Assembly (NCBI GenBank): GCA_042850255.1
Contig: AP031373.1
Span: 240,001 to 272,000, forward strand
DNA length: 32,000 nucleotides
Direction: 5' to 3'
Origin: Nanobdellota archaeon
GTDB taxonomy: Archaea; Nanobdellota; Nanobdellia; Nanobdellales; Nanobdellaceae
The notes under the pieces were generated by a model. That model saw nothing but the letters and a program-made list of their open reading frames with translations, ran no database searches and was not told the origin of the DNA. Shown piece after piece: positions 18,591 to 26,540 of the stretch (positions are counted from its first letter, which is position 1; each line of letters starts with the position of its first letter). The position numbers were made by a program, and so were the translations under genes.

Positions 18591-19644
18591 AGTAGAGAAT
18601 TATATAAAAAGACAAGGAAGTACATTTAAGGAAGGAGAAAATAAAAATAATATATATGAAATAGTAGATAATTTAATAAAGGAAGGATATCCAATATTTG
18701 ATATAGATAAATATATTAATAATAAGGAAAAATATTCAAAATTATTATCAAAATTAACAGATTTTGAAGAAAAAAGGATTAGAGAAGATAAGGATGAAAG
18801 ATTTAAAAAAGAATTAAAGAAAGCATTGAATAAAGTAAAAGAAATATTAGTAAAAGAAGGATATATAGATGAAAAGGGAGAATTAAAGGAAAAAGGATTA
18901 AAATTATATTCTAAAGAAATAATAGGAAATATAGAAAAGGAAATATATGGAATTTTTGAATATGGAAAATATCAATCAAATTTAATAGGAAATGATGAAG
19001 AATTTTATAAAAAATATTTTGGAATAGGGGATAAATATTCAAAAATAGATCCAAAAGAAACTATAAGAAAATATTTAAAATATGGAGAAATAAGGTTCGT
19101 TGTAGAAGAAAAGAAAGAAAATAAAGGAGGTAGATATGTAGTATTATTAGATATATCTGGTAGTATGATAGGAGATAAAATATTTGAAGCTAAGAAAGCA
19201 TTAATAATATTAACTGAAAAAATATTAGAGGATCATAATTTACTGGATATAATTTTATTTAATGATAAAATATTAAAAGAATATAGGAATGTTAAAAGTT
19301 TTGAAGATATAATTGATATACTAAAGATTGTTCCAAATGGAAGTACTGATATTTCTATGGTACTTGAATACATATTGAATAATATAGAGGAAAAATCCCA
19401 TATAATATTAATAACTGATGCTTTACCTACTCATGGAGAGAAACCTGTATATAGAACATTAGAAACTGCAAAAAAATTGGGAAGTACTTGTTATATATCT
19501 ATAATAGGGATACAATTAAATAAAGAAGGAGAAGAGATAGCAAAACAAATAGTAAAATATGGAAATGGAAGGTTATTTATAGTGAAAAATTTAGAAGAAT
19601 TAAAAAAATTGGTTTTATTAGAATATGAATTGTCTAAACAATAA
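18568..19644 (+). CDS. von Willebrand factor A (VWA) domain protein (ChlD-like partner of the AAA+ ATPase)
   Basis: MIDAS motif VVLLDISGSMIG, followed by GSTDIS and ILITDALPT. The frame opens at 18568 (TTG) immediately after an in-frame TAA. There is no in-frame ATG for ~190 codons. Confidence 0.75.
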   Translation: MAKDSGVEVENYIKRQGSTFKEGENKNNIYEIVDNLIKEGYPIFDIDKYINNKEKYSKLLSKLTDFEEKRIREDKDERFKKELKKALNKVKEILVKEGYIDEKGELKEKGLKLYSKEIIGNIEKEIYGIFEYGKYQSNLIGNDEEFYKKYFGIGDKYSKIDPKETIRKYLKYGEIRFVVEEKKENKGGRYVVLLDISGSMIGDKIFEAKKALIILTEKILEDHNLLDIILFNDKILKEYRNVKSFEDIIDILKIVPNGSTDISMVLEYILNNIEEKSHIILITDALPTHGEKPVYRTLETAKKLGSTCYISIIGIQLNKEGEEIAKQIVKYGNGRLFIVKNLEELKKLVLLEYELSKQ

Positions 19645-20191
19645 GTTTTAAGATTTCTTCTTCTGGTTTATTTTCTCCTAGATATTTTTTATATTTTCCT
19701 GATAATTTTTTCCTAGCAACGTCTAAGTAAAAGTCTATCAATTTCATAAATTCTGGTTTATTAAAGTATATAGATAATACTATTTCTTTATAAAATACCT
19801 GAGCAGCTCTTGTATGTGGTTTTCCAAATGCTTGTCTCATACCTTGTGAAATTCTATCTGCTCCAGCACCATATACTAGAGAATGCTCTCTAACAACATG
19901 GTGAGGATATTTTCTAATAATAAATAAAAATTCCCCAACATCTTTTTCTAAATATTTCTGTAGATTAGTTCTTACAGATTCTAAAGCATAATCTGCAACT
20001 TGAACATTATGTAAAGATATCAAATGTCCCACATATTTCCAATTTTCCTTTGGAACATTTTTCATTCCCATTACTTGCATTCTTAATTTTGAAACTGGTG
20101 CTCCTGGTATTTTATTTTCCTTTTTACTATAAGAAAATCTTGTATAAGGTCTTTCTATTTCCTTGAATATTTTCCAAGGTCTCTTTGCCAT
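19634..20191 (-). CDS. rpl10e: Ribosomal protein uL16 (L10e)
   Basis: Contains RPYTR.., YPHHVVREHSLVYGAGADRISQGMRQAFGKPHTRAAQV. Confidence 0.9.
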   Translation of the reverse strand: MAKRPWKIFKEIERPYTRFSYSKKENKIPGAPVSKLRMQVMGMKNVPKENWKYVGHLISLHNVQVADYALESVRTNLQKYLEKDVGEFLFIIRKYPHHVVREHSLVYGAGADRISQGMRQAFGKPHTRAAQVFYKEIVLSIYFNKPEFMKLIDFYLDVARKKLSGKYKKYLGENKPEEEILKLIV

Positions 20192-20192
20192 T

Positions 20193-20663
20193 TTATATCA
20201 TTTTTCTTAGTAAAATATTTATATCTTTGCCATAGTATCCATATGCGCCTCCTTGATTATATGGTAATTTTATACCACCTCTAGGATATCCACCTGAAGG
20301 AGGTTTTAATCTAAAGAATTTTTTAATCTTTGGAATAGAATCTAATTCTAATTCAAAATTAAAGAATTTATTTACAAAATCATCAACAGATATATTTAAA
20401 TTTTGTTTAATATAATCTTCGGTTATTCTTTTATTTCCTTCCAATCTTCCTCTCTTTAATAATAATTCTTTAAATGTTTCTTTATCTATCTCTCCCCAAG
20501 CAATCCATGGTTCAACTTTTTTAATCATTCCTAAAATATCTGGAGAATTTTTTGTTATAATAGCATAATTGTTTTTTCTTAATCTTAATAGATATAATGT
20601 ATCTTTTATTTCTTGTTTTGCTTTTACTACTCCTTTAATTCTAATGATAGCAATTCTCTCCAT
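20193..20663 (-). CDS. rpl30: Ribosomal protein uL30 (L7e-like)
   Basis: Contains IAIIRIKGVVKAKQEIKDTLYLLRLRKNNYAII...VEPWIAWGE. Confidence 0.9.
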   Translation of the reverse strand: MERIAIIRIKGVVKAKQEIKDTLYLLRLRKNNYAIITKNSPDILGMIKKVEPWIAWGEIDKETFKELLLKRGRLEGNKRITEDYIKQNLNISVDDFVNKFFNFELELDSIPKIKKFFRLKPPSGGYPRGGIKLPYNQGGAYGYYGKDINILLRKMI

Positions 20664-20664
20664 T

Positions 20665-21429
20665 TTATGCTAATCCTATTTTTATTCCTGATATATCTTT
20701 GTATTCTAGCCTTATTCTGTATTCCAATGTTTTCTTTAATGCATCATATGTTGCCATTGCAAAGTTTATTCTTTTTCTAGTTTGTCCAAAAGACTTCATC
20801 CATAGATCTTTTATTCCTGCTAATTTTAATATCTTCTTTATTTCATCTGGAGCTACTAGTCCAACTCCTCTTGGAGCTGGAATTAATATTACTCTAACAG
20901 AACCAGATTTTCCTTCTACTTTAAATGGTAAAGAATGAGGTGTTCTAAAAGCACATTCCCAAGAACCACAACCTCTAGCAATTGGTATAATATTTAATTT
21001 AGCATTTCTTAATGCTTTTTGCATTGCTAAAGACAAGTCCCATGATTTACCAACACCAACTCCAATATAACCATTTTCATTACCAACAACAGCAACAGAA
21101 ACCCAAGAAGTTTTATTACCTTCTGCAGTTTTTCTTTGAACCATTTTAACTAATTTAGGTCTTCTATATTTTCCCTTTGATAATGATAATCTTATATAAT
21201 CATATTTTAAATCTGGGACTAAAGCATCTACAATTTCAGGTTCTAATATTTTATATCCATATAAGAATACTTGTTCTATAGATGTTATTTTTCCTTCTTT
21301 TACTAATTTGCCTAGTTTTGTTTTAGGATTCCAAGATTGTAAATCAAATTTTTCTGATTTTATTTTTTCTAAAGTTTCCTCTTCTTTTTTTGCTTCCTCT
21401 TTTTGATTTTCAATATTTTCTTCTACCAT
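20665..21429 (-). CDS. rps5: Ribosomal protein uS5 (S2e-like)
   Basis: Contains [39 protein letters not shown], and [16 protein letters not shown]. Confidence 0.9.
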   Translation of the reverse strand: MVEENIENQKEEAKKEEETLEKIKSEKFDLQSWNPKTKLGKLVKEGKITSIEQVFLYGYKILEPEIVDALVPDLKYDYIRLSLSKGKYRRPKLVKMVQRKTAEGNKTSWVSVAVVGNENGYIGVGVGKSWDLSLAMQKALRNAKLNIIPIARGCGSWECAFRTPHSLPFKVEGKSGSVRVILIPAPRGVGLVAPDEIKKILKLAGIKDLWMKSFGQTRKRINFAMATYDALKKTLEYRIRLEYKDISGIKIGLA

Positions 21430-21587
21430 TTTCTTTTAAATTTATAACTCCAAGCATAAGCCCTTATTTTTTTACTTTTACCAAATCCACAATGAGAACA
21501 ATATCCCTTATCTGGATTATAAGTTTGTCTACCGCATCTTCTGCATATAACATGATTTACTTTATTTACTCCTCCTAATACAGTCAT
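21423..21587 (-). CDS. rpl37e: Ribosomal protein L37e (54 aa, zinc ribbon)
   Basis: Own translation: [54 protein letters not shown]. It has the CxxC...CxxC ribbon and the GFGKSKK.R.Y.W tail typical of L37e. Its stop overlaps the rps5 start (ATGGTAG). Confidence 0.8.
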   Translation of the reverse strand: MTVLGGVNKVNHVICRRCGRQTYNPDKGYCSHCGFGKSKKIRAYAWSYKFKRKW

Positions 21588-21626
21588 GTAATGATAATAT
21601 AAGAAAATATTTTTATAAATTATAGA

Positions 21627-22679
21627 ATGGTTGAATTATCTATTATAATCCCTACATTGAATGAGAAAGATAACATTAAAGAATTGATTGATAGAATAAA
21701 AAATAATTTAAAAGATATAGATTATGAGATAATTTTTGTAGATGATGGATCTAATGATGGAACAATTGAAGAAATAAATAAATATAAAAATAATAATATA
21801 ATTTTAATAGAAAGAGGAAGAAAAAAAGGTTTGGGATCTGCATTTTTAGATGGATTAAAAGTTTCTAGGGGAAAATATGTTGTTTTAATGGATTCAGATC
21901 TTCAACATCCACCAGAATTATTAAAAACAATGTATGAAAAAGTAAAAGATTATGATATTATTATTGCATCAAGATATGTAAAAGGAGGAAAAATTGAAGA
22001 TTGGAGTTTAATTAGAAAAATTATTTCAAAATCTGCAATATTTCTATCTCATTTATTATTACCTGAAACTAAAAAAATAAAAGATACAATGTCTGGATAT
22101 TTTATTATTAGAAAAGATTTATTAAATAATTTTAATATAACAGACCCTTTTGAGTATAAAGTTCTATTAGATATATTAGTTAAAATAAAACCAGAAAAAA
22201 TTTTGGAAATACCTTACAGTTTTAAAGAAAGAAAAAAAGGCAAATCAAAACTAAATAAAAAAATTATATTTATATATTTAAAACAAATAATAAAATTATT
22301 CTCCTGGGGACAATTTTTAAAATTTAGCATAGTAGGATTATCTGGAATATTTGTTAATTTATTTTCTTTATATTTATTATATATATTTTTACCATTTTAT
22401 ATATCATCATTCTTAGCAATTTTTATTTCAATTATCTGGAACTTTATATGGAGCGATATATGGATTTTTAGAGAAGAAAGAAAATATAAAAGCTTTTGGA
22501 GAAGATTTTTAGAATTTACTGGTGGAAGAGGATTACTATCAAAACCTGTACAATATTTTTCTTCTTTATTATTTTATTATATTTTCGGTATAAATTATAT
22601 AATATCCCAACTACTAGGTATTATTATTTCATCTATAATAAATTGGATATGGACAAAAAATTATGTATATTCAAGATAA
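21627..22679 (+). CDS. GT2 glycosyltransferase (dolichyl-phosphate mannose/glucose synthase-like) fused to a GtrA-like C-terminal membrane domain
   Basis: Contains [28 protein letters not shown] and four C-terminal TM segments. Confidence 0.85.
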   Translation: MVELSIIIPTLNEKDNIKELIDRIKNNLKDIDYEIIFVDDGSNDGTIEEINKYKNNNIILIERGRKKGLGSAFLDGLKVSRGKYVVLMDSDLQHPPELLKTMYEKVKDYDIIIASRYVKGGKIEDWSLIRKIISKSAIFLSHLLLPETKKIKDTMSGYFIIRKDLLNNFNITDPFEYKVLLDILVKIKPEKILEIPYSFKERKKGKSKLNKKIIFIYLKQIIKLFSWGQFLKFSIVGLSGIFVNLFSLYLLYIFLPFYISSFLAIFISIIWNFIWSDIWIFREERKYKSFWRRFLEFTGGRGLLSKPVQYFSSLLFYYIFGINYIISQLLGIIISSIINWIWTKNYVYSR

Positions 22680-23405
22680 TTTCTTTGCCACTATTGTAAA
22701 TCTTCCATCCCTATTCCTTTCAAAATCATTAAATGATAATGTTTTATATATACTCAATATTTCAAATTTTCCAGATAATAAATTTATGAAATCTTCTACA
22801 TAATATTTTCTAACCTTTATTTTTTCTTTACCAATAAATATTAAATCCTCTCCTTGTTTTTTATAGAATTTTTCATCAAAGAATAAAAATTTTGGATCTT
22901 CATCCTGTACAACTTTATCTATTTCTAATACTTCTTTGTAATTTAGTATGAATTCTCTATTAAATTCTTGTATATAAAAATTATCAAATTCTAATATTAA
23001 TAATCCATTATCCCTTAAATTTTCATAAAAATTATTTAATGTTTTTATATTGTCTTCATCATTAAAATATCCAAAAGATGTAAACCAATTTAATATTACA
23101 TCTACCTTTTTATTTAATTTAAAATCTCTCATATCTCCTATGAAATAATGATCTTCATACCCTTTATAATTATTTTTAGCGATTTCTATTAATTCTTTCG
23201 ATATATCTACTCCATATATGTCATAACCATATAATCTTAAATATTTATGTAATCTTCCATGCCCTGAAGGTATATCCAGAATTGTTTTATATTTTTCATT
23301 TAATTTCATGGACCAAAAGTTTATCAAACAATGTATATAATAACTTTCCTTTTCATTCCTTTTCTCTTGTACATCTATATGCCATCTATATATATCTGAG
23401 ATCAT
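22671..23405 (-). CDS. Class I SAM-dependent methyltransferase
   Basis: Motif I-like ILDIPSGHGRLHKYL, then YGVDIS and the post-I/II pattern. Confidence 0.7.
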   Translation of the reverse strand: MISDIYRWHIDVQEKRNEKESYYIHCLINFWSMKLNEKYKTILDIPSGHGRLHKYLRLYGYDIYGVDISKELIEIAKNNYKGYEDHYFIGDMRDFKLNKKVDVILNWFTSFGYFNDEDNIKTLNNFYENLRDNGLLILEFDNFYIQEFNREFILNYKEVLEIDKVVQDEDPKFLFFDEKFYKKQGEDLIFIGKEKIKVRKYYVEDFINLLSGKFEILSIYKTLSFNDFERNRDGRFTIVAKKLS

Positions 23406-23440
23406 GAAATATTTTTATTTTTAGAATTTATTAATTAATT

Positions 23441-23869
23441 GTGGATGAAAAAGAATTTATATTAAAAATATACTTAAGGACAAATAAAAAAGAAAGATTT
23501 TATATTAGTTTATTATCTTATATTATTCTAATTTTATATTTGATTTATACAATATTCATAAATATAAGGATTTTTATCTATTCAATTATTATATTAATAA
23601 TTTCATATATAATAAAAGAAATTGTTAAAAAAGAAAGACCAATAGATTTGTTTGATAATGAAAGAAATGTGTTTATTGATAATTATTCTTTTCCAAGTAT
23701 TCATACAATATTATCAATATTTTTATTTTTATCATTTATTAAGAATCCAATATTTTATCCAATATTAATAGTACCTATACTAAGGATATTATCTTTAAGG
23801 CATTGGATTTCTGATATTATTTATTCTTCTATAATATCTATATTAATATATATTATAACTATAGTTTAG
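23441..23869 (+). CDS. PAP2-family lipid phosphate phosphatase-like membrane protein
   Basis: KKERP (KxxxxxxRP-like), PSIHT (PSGH-like) and SLRHWISD (SRxxxxxHxxxD-like) sit within a 4-5 TM protein. The start is GTG. Confidence 0.6.
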   Translation: MDEKEFILKIYLRTNKKERFYISLLSYIILILYLIYTIFINIRIFIYSIIILIISYIIKEIVKKERPIDLFDNERNVFIDNYSFPSIHTILSIFLFLSFIKNPIFYPILIVPILRILSLRHWISDIIYSSIISILIYIITIV

Positions 23870-25143
23870 TTAGAATAAATTATTTCTTTTATTTTCTCCA
23901 AATTATTTATATCTATAAGAATTCTTTCTCTAGTTTCTCTATCTTGTAATGTCAATTTTCCCTCTTTTAATTCTTTTTCCCCTATAATTAATAAAAATCT
24001 TATATCTTTATCTGCACAATATTTTATTTGTTTACTAAAATCTCTTCTCATTAAATCTATATAACAATTTAAACCAATATTTCTTAATTTATTACAAATA
24101 TTCCAAGCTTCTTTGAATGTATTTTCAAAATATATTATTCCTAAATCTGTATAAGTTTTTCTTTTTATTTTAAATATTCCTAATTCCAAACCTGCATCTA
24201 TTAATCTTTCTACTCCAATACTCCCACCTACTGCAGGTATATCTCTATTAGAAAATAACTTCAATAAATTATCATACCTACCTCCACCAGATAAAGATCC
24301 TATTTTAGGTTCATTTACCACAGCTTCAAAAATCATACCGGTATAATAATCTAACCCCCTAACTAATGATAAATTTATCTCTATATTTTTCCTATCTATA
24401 ACTAAATCTAATATATTATTAAAATAATTAATTTCATTATTTAATTCTTCAAATTTTGATAAATAATCCATTATTTCATTATTTTTTAAACTTATTATTT
24501 CTAATATTTTTTCTACTTTTTCTTTATCTAATATATTTTCTAATTCTTTTCTTACTCCTTCAATACCAATTTTATCTAATTTATCTATTATAATATATAC
24601 TTTATTTATCTTTTCCCCTATATTCAAATTTTTTTCAAATATAAATCTCAAAAACTCCCTATTATTTAATATTATTCTATAATTATTAAATCCAAATTCT
24701 TCAAAAACTTTAATTACTACATTTAATATTTCAGCATCACTTTCTGGATATTTAGATCCTATTATATCAAAATCTGCTTGATAAAACTCTCTATACCTAC
24801 CTTTTTGGGGATTTTCATATCTATAGGATTTATCAATAACATATCTCTTAAACGGTAATGGAAATTGAAATCTAGAATAAAATCTTGCTAATGGAACTGT
24901 TTGATCATATCTTAAAGCATATTCCTTATCAGAATATGGTAATTTAAATCTCCATATTAACCTATTTTCTGCTTCTTCTCCATATTTACCCTTTAATATA
25001 TCCCAATATTCTATTGTAGGTGTTTCTATTGGATCAAATCCAAATTCTTTAAATATATTCTCTATTCTTGAAAATATTTGATTTCTCAATATTTTTATTT
25101 CTGGAGTAAAATCTCTTAATCCTGAAGGTGGATCTAATTGCAT
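23866..25143 (-). CDS. hisS: Histidyl-tRNA synthetase
   Basis: Contains PSGLRDFTP, RYDQTVPLARF, FKRYVIDKSYRYENPQKGRYREFYQADFDIIG, GGGRYDNL and GGSIGVERL. I moved the start to the internal Met (MQLDPPSG, cat at 25141-25143). The track start at 25197 would overlap the divergent rpl15. Confidence 0.9.
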   Translation of the reverse strand: MQLDPPSGLRDFTPEIKILRNQIFSRIENIFKEFGFDPIETPTIEYWDILKGKYGEEAENRLIWRFKLPYSDKEYALRYDQTVPLARFYSRFQFPLPFKRYVIDKSYRYENPQKGRYREFYQADFDIIGSKYPESDAEILNVVIKVFEEFGFNNYRIILNNREFLRFIFEKNLNIGEKINKVYIIIDKLDKIGIEGVRKELENILDKEKVEKILEIISLKNNEIMDYLSKFEELNNEINYFNNILDLVIDRKNIEINLSLVRGLDYYTGMIFEAVVNEPKIGSLSGGGRYDNLLKLFSNRDIPAVGGSIGVERLIDAGLELGIFKIKRKTYTDLGIIYFENTFKEAWNICNKLRNIGLNCYIDLMRRDFSKQIKYCADKDIRFLLIIGEKELKEGKLTLQDRETRERILIDINNLEKIKEIIYSN

Positions 25144-25185
25144 AATTATAAATTTAAAAATTGATTTAATAAAATAAATTCTATC

Positions 25186-25632
25186 ATGGTTGTCCATAGG
25201 AGAAAAAAGTATAGAAAATACCTTGGAAAAAGATATGCTAGAAGGGGATATAATGATAGAAATAGAGGTAAAGGAAACAAAGGAGGATCAGGATTCTCCG
25301 GATGGAGATTTAAGAAACAAAAGTATATAAAGTTAATAAAAGAGTATCCTGAAAGATTTGAAGATAAAAAAGGATTTACTAGTCCTAGATATTATATAGA
25401 AAAGTCCATAATTAATTTAAAAGATATAAATGAGTATTTTGATTATTTATTAGAAGAAAATATAATAAAACAAGAAGGAGATTATTATATATTAGATTTA
25501 GATGAATTGGGTATTGATAAATTATTGGGTACTGGGAATATTGATAAGAAAATAAAGATATATGCAAGAGAAGCGTCAGAAAATGCAATTGAAAAGGTTA
25601 AAAGTGTTGGAGGAGAAGTTATTATAAAATAA
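25186..25632 (+). CDS. rpl15: Ribosomal protein uL15 (L27a-e like)
   Basis: A basic Gly-rich N-terminus (RRKKYRKYLGKRYARRGYNDRNRGKGNKGGSGFSG) and a typical C-terminal KIYAREASENAIEKVKSVGGEV. Confidence 0.8.
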   Translation: MVVHRRKKYRKYLGKRYARRGYNDRNRGKGNKGGSGFSGWRFKKQKYIKLIKEYPERFEDKKGFTSPRYYIEKSIINLKDINEYFDYLLEENIIKQEGDYYILDLDELGIDKLLGTGNIDKKIKIYAREASENAIEKVKSVGGEVIIK

Positions 25633-26102
25633 TGGACCTATCATTACAAAGAAGATTAGCTGCAGAAATATTAAATGTTGGAGAAGATAGAGTATGGATA
25701 GATCCAAATAAATTGGAAGAGGTATCAAAGGCTTTAAGTAAACAAGATATAAAAGATTTAATAAATAAAGGAATTATAAGGAAAAAACAAGTTAAAGGAC
25801 AATCTAGAACATGGGCAAATTATATACATGAAAAAAGAAAAAAAGGAAGAAGAAGAGGATCAGGATCTAGAAAAGGAAGTAAGAAAACTAGAACTGATCC
25901 TAAAGAAGAATGGATGAAAAGAATAAGAGCATTAAGAAGATTATTAAGAAAATTAAGGGATGAAAAAATAATAGACAAACATTTATATAGAGAACTATAT
26001 ATAAAAGCTAAAGCTGGAGAGTTTAAGAATAAAAGACACATTTTACTTTTCCTTAGAGAAAAAGGAATATTAAAAGAAAATCAACAGGCATTAAATAAAT
26101 AG
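25632..26102 (+). CDS. rpl19e: Ribosomal protein L19e
   Basis: Starts MDLSLQRRLAAEILNVGEDRVWIDPNKLEEV and contains the GSRKG..KTR and RALRRLLRKLRD motifs. Confidence 0.9.
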   Translation: MDLSLQRRLAAEILNVGEDRVWIDPNKLEEVSKALSKQDIKDLINKGIIRKKQVKGQSRTWANYIHEKRKKGRRRGSGSRKGSKKTRTDPKEEWMKRIRALRRLLRKLRDEKIIDKHLYRELYIKAKAGEFKNKRHILLFLREKGILKENQQALNK

Positions 26103-26153
26103 ATTAGAATTTTTTTGGTTAAGGTTTATAATCTATTACTATAATATATTTAT

Positions 26154-26357
26154 ATGGCCATGCAATCTCCTTTAAGACAAGAAATAGAATCTAGATTCTC
26201 AAAAGGAGTAGGAAAAGATGAAGTAGAAAAAGTAGCAGAAGAAATTGCTAAGAAGACTCAAAAGAAAGCTGCAATAGTAAAAGCATTAATAACAAGATAC
26301 ATTAATAAGGGAATGATAAAGGAACAAGGTGGAAAATATGTTTGGGCTGGTCAATAA
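26154..26357 (+). CDS. Small hypothetical protein (67 aa); possibly winged-helix-like (speculative)
   Basis: The ORF has a TATA-like TTTATAAT about 25-30 nt upstream of the ATG. Its composition is less AT-skewed than the spurious ORFs. No firm motif. Confidence 0.45.
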   Translation: MAMQSPLRQEIESRFSKGVGKDEVEKVAEEIAKKTQKKAAIVKALITRYINKGMIKEQGGKYVWAGQ

Positions 26358-26412
26358 AAATTTTTTGATTGTTTTTGATTTACAAACTATTTTATAATAA
26401 TTATTTTATTTA

Positions 26413-26487
26413 TGCCCCCACCGGGATTTGAACCCGGGTCTCGGGGATGAGGACCCCGTATCCTAGACCTGACTAGACGATGGGGGC
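26413..26487 (-). tRNA. tRNA-Glu (anticodon CUC), contiguous, no intron, CCA not encoded
   Basis: Reverse complement: GCCCCCA-TC-GTCT-AGTCAGGTCTA-GGAT-A-CGGGG-TCCTCAT-CCCCG-AGAC-CCGGG-TTCAAAT-CCCGG-TGGGGGC-A. This folds as a cloverleaf with a 7-bp acceptor stem, a T-loop TTCAAAT, and CTC at positions 34-36. Confidence 0.9.
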
Positions 26488-26540
26488 TATGGTAATTTTA
26501 TTATATAAATTAAAAAATCTATAGAATTATTAAAATATAT

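Noticed and set aside
25144-25197. N-terminal 18 codons of track ORF 23866..25197 (hisS)
   Set aside because: HisRS homology begins at MQLDPPSGLRDF, and the extension overlaps the rpl15 start on the other strand.
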